Origin: Octopus vulgaris
Lineage: Eukaryota
DNA length: 64,000 bases
Direction: 5' to 3'
Assembly: GCA_951406725.2 (NCBI GenBank)
Contig: OX597829.1
Coordinates: forward strand, 50,964,001-51,028,000
Shown here: positions 38,853 to 52,773 of the stretch, in pieces
Layout: the number at the start of each line of letters is the position of its first letter
Position numbering within the stretch: the first letter of the stretch is position 1
Position numbers and translations under genes: made by a program
Notes under the pieces: model-generated
Told to the model about the DNA's origin: nothing
Seen by the model: only the letters and a program-made list of their open reading frames with translations
Databases searched by the model: none

Positions 38853-40154
38853 CATGATACTCGGCAGAACACACGCTCGTTCAACTCACGAAAGTCTGGC
38901 ACTTGTAGAACTTGTTCTTTGTCGACTGGACTACAGTCATCATCGCCAGTACATCACTCGTCACCTCCTCTTCTCGTGATATCGAAATATTCTTCTCTTA
39001 TAAATTCCAAAGTTAACTGAAGCGAGTACATGAAAGGCACCGTGACACACATCAAACAAATTTTAACTCATTTGTCTTATGCGAAATATTTCATCAGTTA
39101 CACGTAATTGTATTCTACATTCATTAATGTTTCAGTAGCGATGTCTTTTGTGTATGAAACTTGCAACTACTGATAAAGGCGTGACGTGAAAAAAGACGAG
39201 ATTCCACGGGATCATCCCGGCTCAAGGGGTTATGACGTCAGGGTTTTTGTTTTGGTTCTTCAGATGTCAGCGGTGCCAATACATCACAAGAGATTCAACA
39301 GACACTTCAAACACACAGGAGGTTGGTCAGATTAACGAACGACACAAGAAAATTCTTCCCAAGACCATGCGATTATCAGTAAAGAGACAGAGAAACTCAT
39401 TCGACTTTTATCAAACAAATGAACTAAAAGTGTTGGAGAAAAATGTACTCGGAGGGGTGGTCGCTACCCTTTCTCCCCTTATTAGTTATGCCATTGTTTC
39501 CTCTATCCATCTGCCCCACCTCTCTTTCGAACCCGTCCCTAACTTCTTTCAGAGTGTGCTCGTAGCAACAACTCCCGTTTCTCAGTTTGAGGGGAGGGGT
39601 TCTTCTTTCCAAAAATAACTCCACTGTCCATCTTTAGCTGTCGAACTCAGCACAGAAGTCCTCATCTTCAATATTGTCTGCAGTATTCCTTCTCTCTGAC
39701 ACCAACCTGTTACTCCTACAGCCGTCTTTCTCCGCTTCATGCTCACAGCACGCGGCATTATAGTCACCAAATTCCACTTCTGTTTGGCTACCCAAGTGTA
39801 CAATCACGTCTATTCTCAACGTTATATCGACGCCATCCACATTAACCACATCGCCGTCCCATATACCTCCAGTTCCACTTCGCTGACGACCCTACATCTG
39901 ACCTTCCTACCATCCACCGCACTGAGGCTAATATTTCCCCAACCATTTTTATAGTTACCAGGGCTGTTCGACAAGGACTCATGCTTCTCTTGCTCCCACC
40001 AGAACCCTTATTACAGGCAATGTGAACGGTAGAACGCCTTCAATCAGTCGTGGAGGGAAATAGCGGCACAGTAATTCCCCTCTCTTTGTTTCCCGTGCCT
40101 GGGTTGGGCATATCGGTAACATACCACTCTAGATTTCGGTTCCATACAATTTCT

Positions 40155-40586
40155 GTACTTTTCGGTTATCTCACCCCCATTAAAAAAATTGCCATTAAAA
40201 ATTGGGTTATCTCCCCACTAAAAAAAAATCGAGTTTATGTGGCGACAAGAGATTGGATTAAAAGAGTTAGATCCTTTTGATTCAATACTTCAACACATTG
40301 CTGACTTTTGGCCTCCTCAATAGGAATGGTAGGATTTGTTATAAAAATGTTATTAGATTCAATAAGATGTTTAATCTTTTCAGTTTTCATATTTATTAAT
40401 TTTTTCAGTTTCGTATGGTTTGTTATAAAAATATTATCAGATTCAGTAAGACAAGTAATTTTTTCGCTTTTCAAGTTTATTGATTTTACACTTTTCATTA
40501 TGTTTTATTGAGGGTTAAACAATTTTATTTTTTAGTTGGGGGAGATAACCCAATATTTTAATGGGAGTGAGATAACCAAAAAGTAC
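40155..40586. mobile_element. TIR element inserted in the Gypsy gag zinc knuckle
   Basis: TIRs gtactttt.ggttatctcac.cccattaaaa at both ends, plus subterminal IRs; degenerate TSD ending in tttct. Confidence 0.8.
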
Positions 40587-41193
40587 TCGCTTTCTGACCA
40601 TGTGCGGATCCTGACACCCAAATAAAGTTGCTTCTTTATCCTATCCGTATTCGCCGTCACCGTCGCCGCGACATTGCATATGTCGTTCTGTGGACGACAC
40701 TCGCGTCTTGTCCACTAGGTCGCTCACTAACATCGTGTTAATGTCCATCATATGTTGCAACCGCACAGATGTGATCGGGAAACCTGATCACAAAAGCCAG
40801 CTTTAAAATCCGCTCCATCGCTCCACCGGTTAATCTCCTAATCTCATTCACATAGTCATCAACTTGCTTACCCGTCCATCTCACTCTCCCAAGCTTGCTA
40901 AAGGCTTTGGTCACTCCTTCCGCATACACGTCCTTCGGTCACTCTTCGATCTTCTCCACTTTCAGCTTACCTGCTTTATACATTTCCAGATACAAATTTG
41001 GCGCATTTCCCTCTAAGTAAAATGTAATAAGACTAGCCACGTCTTGAATACCCTGCAATTTCGCCACGAATTTCATTTTTATCCAAGCCACTAAATCACC
41101 TTCACGGTCTCACATCGTCGTTCCTGATCCTGATCGTTGAAGCCATCTCGCATATTGGCGGTAGAAAGGCAGGAAGGAAAGAGAAAGGAAATA

Positions 41194-41630
41194 CGAGGTG
41201 CGCTCAGAAAGTGTCCGACTTCCTTTTTTTCCAGCCCAAACCCATTGGATAACAGGTGACGCCACCGTTCCTGTGCATGCCTGAAAGTACCTTTCGCGCC
41301 GGTAGGCCGTGTCAGATCGCGACTGTTTACGCCCAGACTATAGTTGGATTTCTGTTTTCACCAAAACTTTGATGATACTCAAGCATAAACCATCCAGAAG
41401 ATTCAATAGGCCTTTGGTGATGATGCCAAGGACAAAACTGAGATCAAGGAGTGGTACAACCGCTTCAAACATGGCCGCACGTCAGTGGATAGCGAGGCAC
41501 GCTCAGGCAGGCCATCTGCAAGCCGAAACGAGGAGGCGATTGAGAAGGTTCGGCGCCAAAAACAGAGAATTTTTGCATGCGGTGAGTAGCGTCGAAAAAA
41601 TCAAGTTGGATACTTTTTGAACACACCTCG
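41194..41630 (+). mobile_element. Internally deleted mariner transposon
   Basis: TIRs cgaggtgcgctcagaaagtgtccgactt / aagttggatactttttgaacacacctcg with TA TSD; N-terminal transposase AFGDDAKDKTEIKEWYNRFKHGRTSVDSEARSGRPS. Confidence 0.88.
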
Positions 41631-42164
41631 TAATCAAATTTGGCAAGACTTCTTTTTGTACCCCCCCCCCACACACACACACACACACAAAAAAGCACCC
41701 TTTTTTATTTAATTTTTTTTCGGCTACGGAGAATACAAATCTGCAAAAAAATAGGCGTAAATCGGCATTTAGAAATTTTTTTTTTAAAATTTGTAGTAAA
41801 ATACGGAGATTATGATTCTGAAAAATATTTGAAAAGACTTTTGTAAAAATTTTTTTCCACAATTTCTTTTTTTTTTTTCACTTTTTTTTTTTTCAAAATA
41901 TCTGGGAAAATACGGAGATTATGATTCTGAAAAAACATTTCAAAACAATTTTTCTACTTAGGGTTAGGGTTAGGCTTATGGAAAAAAAATGAAAAAAATG
42001 TGGGGGGAGGGAGTAAGGGGGCAGCAAAAAATTTCAAAATTTTGAATTTTGCTAATTTTCTGGAACCTCCGTATCCGAAAACATGGGTTTTTGACAAAAA
42101 AATTTTTTAAAAAAAACAATAATTTGCGAGAAAAGGGTGGAGGTGGGGGCGGTAGGAAGTCTTT

Positions 42165-42375
42165 CCTCAACTTTTCCTAATCAAGAACAAAATGTCACCT
42201 GTTTGACGTTCTCCCGACTTGGCACCGCCTAACTTCTAGCTCTTCCCTAACTGAAAACCACGCTGAAAGATAAGCAATTTGAGTCCCGAGAGGAAATTAT
42301 AAGAACCAAGGCGGAACTCCACAGCATTCCAGAGTATGTAAACTCCCAAGAGAAATATTGAAGGCGATTAGATCA
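42165..42375 (+). mobile_element. Mariner transposase C-terminal fragment
   Basis: SPDLAPPNF*LFP..LKTTLKDKQFESREEI...EGD*. Confidence 0.75.
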
Positions 42376-42868
42376 AATCTGTGATACGTACATTTTTTTT
42401 TTTATGCCCGACGGTCAGGTCGGGCATAAACGCAGTCGACAGATAAACAGAGAGTCAAAGTAGCTTGTAACAAGAAGGCAAAAAATGTGCATGAAAACTG
42501 GGATCTTTTCGGTTTGAACGGCAGTTTTTTTCTCGCGGTGTTATATGAAATTGTCACCCATAATTATGACCCTAGTATCGATCTATTGCATTTCAATCTG
42601 TTTTAGGGTTAGGGTTGGAGGGAAGGGTATCTTGTTTTTCTTCACAAATGTAAATAAACCCAATCTGTTTCTTAAACGAGGGACATATTCATACGGCACA
42701 GAATGTTTTTTTACCTCAATGGAGGTCATTGATTGGTTGAAATTCCAGAAATTGAAGAAGAAAAAACAAGTATCTTACAGACTATAGAATTTTTTCAATA
42801 AAACCAAGAGAAAAAGATGTTTTATAAACACATTCTACCAGTATACGAAGTTTAAAATTTTTTAGTTA

Positions 42869-43073
42869 TACTCTTTACTCTTTTACTTGTTTCAGTCATT
42901 TGACTGCGGCCATGCTGGAGCACCGCCTTTAGTCGAGCAAATCGACCCCGGGACTTATTCTTTGTAAGCCCAGTACTTATTCCATCGGTCTCCTTTGCCG
43001 AACCGCTAAGTGACGGGGACGTAAACACACCAGCATCGGTTGTCAAGCAATGCCTTGGGGACAAACACACACA

Positions 43074-43113
<40 letters not shown>

Positions 43114-43281
43114 TACGACAGGCTTCTTTCAGTTTCCGTCTACCAAATCCACTCACAAGGCTTTGGTCGTCCCGGGGCTATAGCAGAAGACACTCGCCCA
43201 AGATGCCACGCAGTGGGACTGAACCCAGAACCATGTGGTTGGTAGGCAAGCTACTTACCACACAGCCACTCCTGCGCCTAT
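42869..43281 (-). mobile_element. SINE type A nested in the GGATC-MITE
   Basis: Consensus match; the empty site is visible in the 33973 copy. Confidence 0.92.
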
Positions 43282-44493
43282 GTGGAAATTATGTTAAAAA
43301 CTGCCGTTCAAACCGAAAAGATCCAAAAACCGAACAGTGAATTCAGCTTCGTTTCGTGCGAATTGGCAAAACTCGACTGTCGTACATACACTTGTACTCA
43401 TTCCTAACCTCTGGACGGTCTCTTCCTCACGTCTGTCGCTTTCGATATCCCGACAAAGTAAAAACGTTGTCCGTATGCACCGTCACCTGACGTGACGTCA
43501 CTTTCCTTAGCTTCCCGTTCCGACATATTGCATGTCTCTAGCGGTCTTGCTGATATGCAAATAAAACGTCCCGGACTACACTTCAAAGAAGGAACCATTC
43601 AGCTCATTCCTCAACATGAAGGATTCTATGTCAGTTTTCCGATTAGGGTTTCTCTTGAACACTAAGGTCCCGTGAGAACTCGCTCGAGGTTACTACAAGA
43701 AATGGCGATAAATAGGCTAACTACATGCAAATATATTAGTGAATCATTTTCTTGTTTAGATATCCATAATCTTATTATACACACACGATATCTTTTATAT
43801 GCTTCAGTCGTTGCAATGCGGCGGTGCTTGAAGGGTTTTAGTTGAGAGAATTGTCCCCAGTAGTTATTTTTTAAGCCTTGTACTCATTCTATCGGTGTCC
43901 TTTGCCGATTCGCTAATTTATAGAAACGTAAACAAACCAACACTACTTGTCAACACACTCTAAAATATTGCATCTTTTCCCTTTGAACGGCAGATCGAGA
44001 AATTAATTTTTTATAACTAAACACTTTCACTGGTTGAATGTGTCATATAAAACATCTTTTACTCTTAGTGTTTTTGAGAAAAGTTTATATTTACGAAGTT
44101 ATTTCGTGTTAAAGTTGTTATATTTCGGTAATTTCAACCAATCAATGACGTGTATTCAGCTGAATAAAATTACTGCTGTTGTTTCTCAACAACAACTTCC
44201 GGCGGTCAAAAGGTAAAGATCCAAAATATTATTTTGAGCAGTAATATTTTATGTAGTCGTTGGTTATGGCCGGTCAGAAAATGACCGTTGGTTTCACGCC
44301 TATTGTTGCACTTGGCAATGTGGGCTACTCGTCGGACCTGCTGGTCAGAAGCACATAAACTGTTGTAAGACACCTACAGATATGCAAGGGAAGGATAAAG
44401 TCCTGTGAATTGACCCCAGAATATTGACATTTTATTTTATCCATTCCAAACGGACCGAGCCTTTCTTTACAACGACCGTTCAGAATAGCAAGG

Positions 44494-44529
<36 letters not shown>

Positions 44530-45414
44530 TTGAAATCGAATCCTGAAGAAAAGTCATAGGGAAAACACGTTCCATTGATTTAAGATAAAGGTTCTCAACA
44601 TGGATCCATGTGGTTTTCATCGTTTCACGTCCCTTTTCCATGCTGGCATGGGTTGGACGGTTTGACTGGGGACTGGCAAGCCAGGAGGCCGCACCAGGCT
44701 CCAATCTGATCTGGCAATATTTCTACAGCTGGATGTCTTTCCTAACGCCATCCACTTAGAGATTGTAGTGGGTGCTTTTTATGTGTCACCGGCACGGGAG
44801 CCAGTCAGGCGGCACCGACATCGACCACGTTCGGATGATGCTTTTTACGTGCTACCAGCTCAGGAGCCAGTCGGGGCAGAGGGGGCGCTGGCATCGACCA
44901 CGATCGGATGGTGCTTTTTACGTGCCACCGGCACAGAGGGCCAGTCACGCGGCACTGACAACGACCCACGCATTAATGGTGCTTATTGCATGCCACCGTT
45001 AAAAATGTATGTGCAATAAAATGTCTATACTTCTACAATACCAGGCCCATCGACAGACTTTAGTCTCGAGGGTTCTTCAGAATATTCTGGGTAAGCACTA
45101 ATTTGTAATAAATGCTAAAGTAGAGTTTCAAAATAAGTGTATTACTGTAAATCTGAGGGTTCTCCATTGAATACAGAGGGAGCAGTGCCTTTCAGTGCAA
45201 CCCCCTAGCGATGAGCATGCTACAATACACAAAATATTTTAACAATTTCCAAAATATTGTAGGATCTTTTAAACATCGAATGGTTAGGAGGGTTTATCTG
45301 AGTAAAAGAGGAATCAAAGAGGGTCCAGGGTAAAAAATGGTTGAGAACACGTTGAAAGGTATTAAAGTTCGTGAGAGGAAGGTGGTCATTGATAGGTACT
45401 AATGTCGGTGAGCT

Positions 45415-45910
45415 AAGGCGGCGAGCTTTGCCTTTCATCCTTTCTGGATCGATAAATTAAGTACCAGTTACGCACTGGGGTCGCTGTAATCGACTTAATC
45501 CGTTTGTCTGTCCTTGTTTGTCCCCTCTGTGTTTAGCCCCTTGTGGGAAGTAAAGAAATTGGTATTTCGTCTGTCTTTACGTTCTGAGTTCAAATTTCAC
45601 CGAGATCGACTTTGCCTTTCATCTTTTCGGGGTCGATTAAATAAGTACCAGTTACGCACTGGGGTAGATATAATGGGCTTAATCCGTTTGTCTGTCCTTG
45701 TTTGTCCCCTCTGTGTTTAGCCCCTTGTGGGTAGTAAAGAAATAGGTATTACGTCTGTCTTTACGTTCTGAGTTCAAATTTCACCGAGATCGACTTTGCC
45801 TTTCATCCTTTCGGGGTCGATAAATTAAGTACCAGTTGCGTACTAGCTCGATTTAATCGACTGCCCCCCCCTCCCCAGAAATTTCGGGGTTTGTGCCTCG
45901 ATTAGAAAAG
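45415..45910 (+). mobile_element. SINE type B trimer
   Basis: Bodies with ~184 bp period; last unit has the alternative tail. Confidence 0.88.
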
Positions 45911-46199
45911 ATGAGATGACACGCCTAGATAGAAAAGGTGAGTTGGCACGCCGGCCAAAATGCTTAGCGATATTTTGACCGTATTTACGCTCTAAGTTAA
46001 AAATTCCGCTGTGGTCAACTTTGCTTTTCATCCTTTCAGGGTCGATAGAATAAGGACCAGTCGAGCACCAGGGCCGATATAATCGACTAGCGCCCCTCGC
46101 CCCAAGATTGCAGGCCTTGTACTTGTAAATAGAAAATATTATACAAATTATAGAATATATTCTGTTGTCATTGAATACAATGTTGTTTTTTTTATTATT

Positions 46200-46523
46200 T
46201 TTTTACTTGTTTCAATTATTGGACTGTGGTCATGCTAGGGCACTGACTTGAAGAGTTTAGTCGAACAAATCAGTCCCAGCATTTATTTTATAAAGCCTCC
46301 TATTTATTCTATCGGCCTCTTTTTGCCGAACCGCTGATTTACAGGAGCGTAAACAAATCAAAACCGGTCGTCAAGCGATGGTGGGTAACAAACACAAACT
46401 CAAAGTCGCACACGCACACACACACATACGCATACACACACACACACATACATACATACATACATACATGCACACATACATACACACACACATACATACA
46501 TACACACATACATACATGCACAT

Positions 46524-46554
<31 letters not shown>

Positions 46555-46633
46555 TACATACATACATACATACATACACACATACATACATACATACATA
46601 CATACATACATACACACACACTCATACATACAT

Positions 46634-46664
<31 letters not shown>

Positions 46665-46997
46665 TACATACATACATACATACATACACACATACATACA
46701 TACATACATACATATATACATACATACATGCATGCATGCATACATGCACACATACATACATACACACACATACATACATACACATACATAATACACATAT
46801 ACATACATACATGCACATATACATACACACACACACACACATACACACATACATACATACATACATGCACATATACATACATACACACATACATACATAC
46901 ATACATACACACATACACACATACATACATACATACATGCACATATACATACATACATACACACATACATACATACATACATACATACATACATACA

Positions 46998-47032
<35 letters not shown>

Positions 47033-47192
47033 TATACGACAGGCTTCTTTAAGTTTCCGCCGACCAAATCCACTCACAAGGTTTTCGTTGGCCCGGGGTC
47101 TATCGTAGCAGATGATACTACGCAGTGAGATTGAACCCAAAGCCACATAGTTCGGAAGCAAGCTTCTTTAGTCACACAGCCACGTCTGCGCT
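46200..47192 (-). mobile_element. Old SINE type A with central microsatellite expanded to ~620 bp (TACA/CA)n
   Basis: Both arms flank 46410-47030. Confidence 0.85.
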
Positions 47193-47789
47193 TGTAAATG
47201 TATCGTTTTCAGTCTCTCCCCCTCCTCCTCCTCCACTATTCGCCTTCAAAATAACACGCTACATGTGATACGTACACGACAGTTATTGATATATTAGTTA
47301 CACTTTAAATAAAAGCGCGGGGTGAACAGAGAGAGAGAGAGAAAAAAAGACTCCGGTACCGATTTGTTCTGCTAAAACCTTTCAAAGGTTGTGTCCTAAC
47401 ATGACCGAAACAAATAAAAGACTTTAAAAATAACAACAAATATCTGGAATTCATTTGATAATAATAGGTTAACCGAACCGTAGCTAAACTGCAAATGGCT
47501 CGACAGGTTTTGTTAAGCGCTAGGATTATTGTTGATCGAGCAAACGTATGGTATGTTTAATCAACGGCATTCCTAAATGTGGCCATCTCATAATTTTTCC
47601 CAGGACTTCGTTTTGCTTGTCTAGAGGAGGAAGTTGGTTGAGTCTCCATAGATCATCTGAAGTCCGTATCATAATCCAGTGTCTTGCCTTCCTAAGACGG
47701 AAGGATGTGGTTTAAAGGACGGTTTTTTCTGGTATTTCTAGTTTATTTGCTAATCGTTAAACGCGAGTGTGTCTGTGTGTGTGCTTGTA

Positions 47790-48165
47790 CATTCTTTTAT
47801 TTGTTTCAGTCATTTCACTGCAGCCATGCTGGAGCACCGCCTTTAGTCAAACAAATCCACCCCAGGACTTATTATTTGTAAGCCTAGCACTTACTCTATT
47901 GGTTTCTTTTGCCGAACCGCTAGCTTACGGATACGTAAACCCACCAACATCAGTTATCAAGTGATGCTGGGGAGGGGGGACAAACACAGACATACACACA
48001 CATACATATATATATATATACGACGGGCTTCTTTCAGGCTCCGTCTACCAAATCCACTCACAAGGCTTTGGTCAGCCTGAGGCTGTAGTAGAAGACACTT
48101 GCCCAGTTGGATTGAACCCGGAACCATATGATTGATAAGTAAACTACTTACTTACCACACAGCTA
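47790..48165 (-). mobile_element. SINE type A, diverged
   Basis: Consensus match with deletion. Confidence 0.85.
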
Positions 48166-48170
48166 TGTAT

Positions 48171-48206
<36 letters not shown>

Positions 48207-48249
48207 ATGTCTGTGTTTGTCCCCCTCCCATCACTATAACTATATATCC

Positions 48250-48313
<64 letters not shown>

Positions 48314-49188
48314 AGTATATCCAAACTTACAGGGAAAAATTAAATTAGAGATAAAATCACTATTAGACAACTCAAACAGTGATAGACATAGTTGTCTAAT
48401 AGTGGTTTTATCTCTAATTTGATTTATATATATATGTAGCGAGTTTTTTCATTGGGCTTTGGGTCCAACAATATACTCATGCATTAAGTACATATTATAT
48501 TTTATTAAACTTGACCAATATTTTTCAAGCAATGAACAATTTTCATCAAAACAATGATATAATTTGTCGACTTGGAACTTATTGCAAAGCTGCATGATAA
48601 ACAACATTTTCTGTCTTCCCATTCGGGGGTCAGTACATTTTTTTCCTGTCTAACGTCTCTCTCTTTCTGTTGATTATTTTCCACCATCACCAGTACCACA
48701 ACCACAACTGCTATACACGCACCATTCAGACTTCTGACGCTACCAACATCAACACCTTTGAATTAGCCACTTTCCCCTCCACCACCATCACCACTGTCTT
48801 TCACATCGCTTACTATCATCGTCATCCCTAACCGCTACGGCTACCACCAGCACCACCATCACCGTTGCCTCCACCTCTATCACAACTACAGCTCATACTG
48901 TTACTATCACCTAATTACTATCTCAACTGTCAATCTACTACCACCCTCAATGTCTCTATGCATACTATTACTCTCACCCAGCAAGCGGAGTAGAAGTGTC
49001 ATTGAATAGTGAGAGAATGGGATCAAAGTGTGACACACTGACACACAGAAATTCGTTTTGGCATTTTTTAATTTTATATATATATATATATATTACACTG
49101 GACTCTTCCGTTGATGAGAAATCGCTCCAATACACCACGACGTTTAAACCTTTTGAATTTTCCTTTTTCTGCTGCTTACTTCTGTATT

Positions 49189-49226
49189 CCTTTCTGTCGA
49201 AGAGCGTAGGCTCGAAACGTAAAAGG
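49189..49226 (+). ncRNA. Minimal type-I hammerhead ribozyme-like motif (core CUGUCGA) in a (TA)n-flanked stub 49092-49323
   Basis: ccttt CTGTCGA a gagc-gtag-gctc GAA ACGT A aaagg: perfect stems I and II, palindromic ACGT stem III, GUA cleavage triplet. Confidence 0.6.
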
Positions 49227-49420
49227 CTTTCTCACTTCCCGAGCGTTAAACTAATACATCTGTTTGTTTTTTACACACCCGTCTTCGTCTTTTGTTTTGT
49301 TTGTTATGTTTGTAAATTTCAACTATATATATATATATATATCCGAGAGCAGAATACAACAGATCTAGTTCTTCTGTCTTGTTTTACGGTATATTATATT
49401 AAAACATATTACATACATAC

Positions 49421-49451
<31 letters not shown>

Positions 49452-52409
49452 CACACAGACACAGTGTTTGCTTTCATATACTAACACTCACTCACAGATA
49501 CACACGTCTGCACACACACACACACACACACATTTACCCGGTTACACATACATCCAATTGCTTGTTATACGTGATGAATGGAAATGCTAATGTTTTTTTA
49601 AGAGTGCGCAGATGTTTATTTAAGGTCAAGTGTATGTGTAATATACATATGCACACGCACTTGCTCATACACACACACACACACATACACACACACACAC
49701 ACACTTATGCGTACTCATTGAAATGTGGTGGTGGTAGAGGTGGTGGTGGGTAAGCGCAGTAAGCAATACCTACCTAGAAAAAAAAGAACTATAAATTCTA
49801 ATTATTTTATATTAAAAAGTAAATATAATTTCCAAATCATTACAAAAGATATTAATTTAATGCATAAAAATCCAGTAAAAATAGCTATTATTTTGATATT
49901 AGACGAGCATGATTTCCACTGTATTTGGAACTTCGTTGGATACACTTCCCACACGCTGTGAGTTCTGCTTCCAGCAAAAGAAAAGAAAAATAATAATAAT
50001 AAATGAATAAATAACGGCAATGCCAAAGCAGAATTAATTCTGCCTTCGATGAGACGACAGACGACGCGAAGTGTGTCTGCGAATTTTCCGTTTTGTTTCT
50101 CTATATCTGCTTCCAATGAAATGACTAATTTTAAGAGCTATTCATTATCACCATTCATTTATTAACGTTCAGTTTCCATGCTTGGATGGGTCGAACAGAG
50201 TTTGTTGTTGTTATTGTTGTTGTTGTTGGGGTAGAAGGGGGGTTCCTTCCTGTCATCGACCCCCACCCCCACCCATCTATTTCCACGTAGAGTTTGTATT
50301 TCCTCTTGGCTAGACATGTTTTTGTTTTTGTTTTTTGTTTTGTACTTTTGTTTTTCTAACGGATGACGGTGACGGTCGTTGACAAACATAACGTGATGTC
50401 AAGATAAGGGTGCATAGAAACACACACACACACACCGTCGAAGCCGATATGTGAGTGTTTAGCTTTTGCCCGAACGACCTGCACATCTCCATCAAATCGA
50501 TGTTGTCTGAACAGGTGCACACGGGTGTACCATATGCCAGTTGTTGAAGTCATTACAGACCAATGTGAGATGTTTTGCTCAAGAACACAACACAACACAC
50601 CGCCCAGTCTAGGAATTGAAACCACGATCTAGCTATCGCGAGTGCAACACCCGTACCACTAGCTCCACACACACACACATACATCATCATCATCATCGTC
50701 TAACGTCCGCTTTCCATGCTGGCATGGGTTGGACGATTTGACTGAGGACTGGCGAACCAGATGGCTGCATCAGGCTCCAATCTGATCTGGCAGAGTTTCT
50801 ACAGCTGGATGCCCTTCCTAATGCCAACCACTCCAAGAGTATATTGGGTGCTTTTCCGTGCCACTGGCACGAGGGCCAGTCAGGCGACACTGGCAACAGC
50901 CATGAGCACTGGCCACGGCCAGCGGCACTGGCAATGACCTCCCATATATATACACACACACACACATATATAAGGGCAGGGTAAAAACTTTGTACTATGC
51001 TATGCAAGGCTCATCCACAGCGTATGGCTACCATATGTCATCATTCAGTGACAATACTCTTGTTATTTGGATCAGAAGCGACTCTAGGTCATCAGTTTCA
51101 TTCAGGCTCACCAAGGATTTCGTCACTCGGGTTCATCACAGATTTCACATAAGACATGCCTACTTGAAGAATTTCACATTTTACCACAATATTTTTAGCC
51201 CCAAATGACTTATATTTTATATCTAGCACTGTCTTTCTTCATTTCTAAGTTAAGGGTAAAAATAAAGCCACCCTGCAAGAACACAACTGATCTTTATACA
51301 CAGACGCACAGAACAGCAATCAAATAACGACAGCGGAGTGCACAACAAACATCAGTAATCCGACTGTTGCCTGAACTCTTGACAAGAGATACCAGTTAGT
51401 CTTTTTACGCTTACCGGGCTCGTTCATATTAGCCCGAGTTGCTGGATAATTATTCGTTCATTTAAGACTATTGTAGAATGGAAACTTTTCATAGATTGGA
51501 ATTTAAATCCTAATCTCTCAAGAAATTTATTGTTTCAAGAAAGCATTAAATTTGAATTACTTTTAATTTTCACGGTCATAGATAACAACTTGGGCTGTAA
51601 CTTCTGAGCCGGAGTCAGGCACGTGTGAATGATGTCGAGACAACGTCTTCTACGAATGATATCTTTTGACACAGGGTACCTCTAAGATGACCGCCAGACG
51701 CTGAACAAAAATAGATGCACTGCACCCAGGTTCCATAAAAGGAGCCCAGGTTACATACTTGAATTACATACTTGAAGCGAGTGTCGGCAGAAATTAAATC
51801 AACTTGCAAATACACGTTCACTTCAGTAAAACTCAGGCTAAGCCTGAACAGCCCAAGTGCCAGAATCACCAGTGATTTTGATATACATCAGGAATTCCAA
51901 AGTATCTATAGAGTTTATATAAAGAAATGAACAAGGGAAAATGGATTGAATGACATTATTTCAAATCAGAACAGTTATTTCCACATATCCTTTTCTACTC
52001 CAGGCACAAGGCCTGAAATTTTAGGGGAGCAGTCGATTAGATCAACCTCCAGTATGCAACTGGTACTTGATTTATCGACCCCGAAAGGATGAAAAGCAAA
52101 GTCGACCTCGGCGGAATTTGAACTCAGAACGTAAAGACGAACAAAATACCACTAAGCGTTTCGTCCAACATGCTAACGTTTCTGCCAGCTCGCCGTCTTA
52201 CATATGTTTCCACATATGATTACACCAAAGGACTTATTCAAAATAATCACCTGAAGAAACACATTTGACACCTTTGATGGGTGGTAGTGATTATGCAATA
52301 TGTTAATTATGTCTTCTCACTAATCTACTACAGGTGTAACGATGTGTAGAAATGATTGTAGGGATTTGAAATTTAAAAATGGTGCTCAATCCAATTTCTT
52401 TTATTCATT

Positions 52410-52712
52410 TATCTGCCTATCTCTCTATCTATCTATCCAATCTGTCTATCCATCCATCCAGCTGTCCATCCGTCCACCTACTTACCTACCTATCCAATCT
52501 ATCTATCCATCTGTCTGTCTGTCTATCCAATCAATCTGTCTGTCTATCTATCTATCTAACTCTCCGTCTGTCCATCAGGCCATCCATCCACCTATATATT
52601 TATCTATCTACCTGTATCTATCTACCTATCCAGCCATCTGTACGTCCATCCATCCATCCGTTCATCCATCTGTCTGTCTGTTGATTTATCTATTTATCTG
52701 TCTGTCTGCCTG

Positions 52713-52773
<61 letters not shown>

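Larger units (their letters stand above)
37469..41150 (-). mobile_element. Decayed Gypsy LTR retrotransposon gag-pro-RT with nested insertions
   Basis: Minus strand: gag EGDLVAWIK..KFVAKLQGIQDVASLITFYLEGNA, zinc-knuckle remnants, IEDEDFCAEFD, DFRELNERV, VDLKS, RLGFGLN, SSYIDDIMV, GKLVGHCPDAGWLR. Confidence 0.88.

Noticed and set aside
46339-47161. Long ORFs (up to 227 aa) of MYVC/HTYI repeats; likewise 897-1511, 2890-3406, 11260-11639, 55190-56058
   Set aside because: Translations of stop-free microsatellites.
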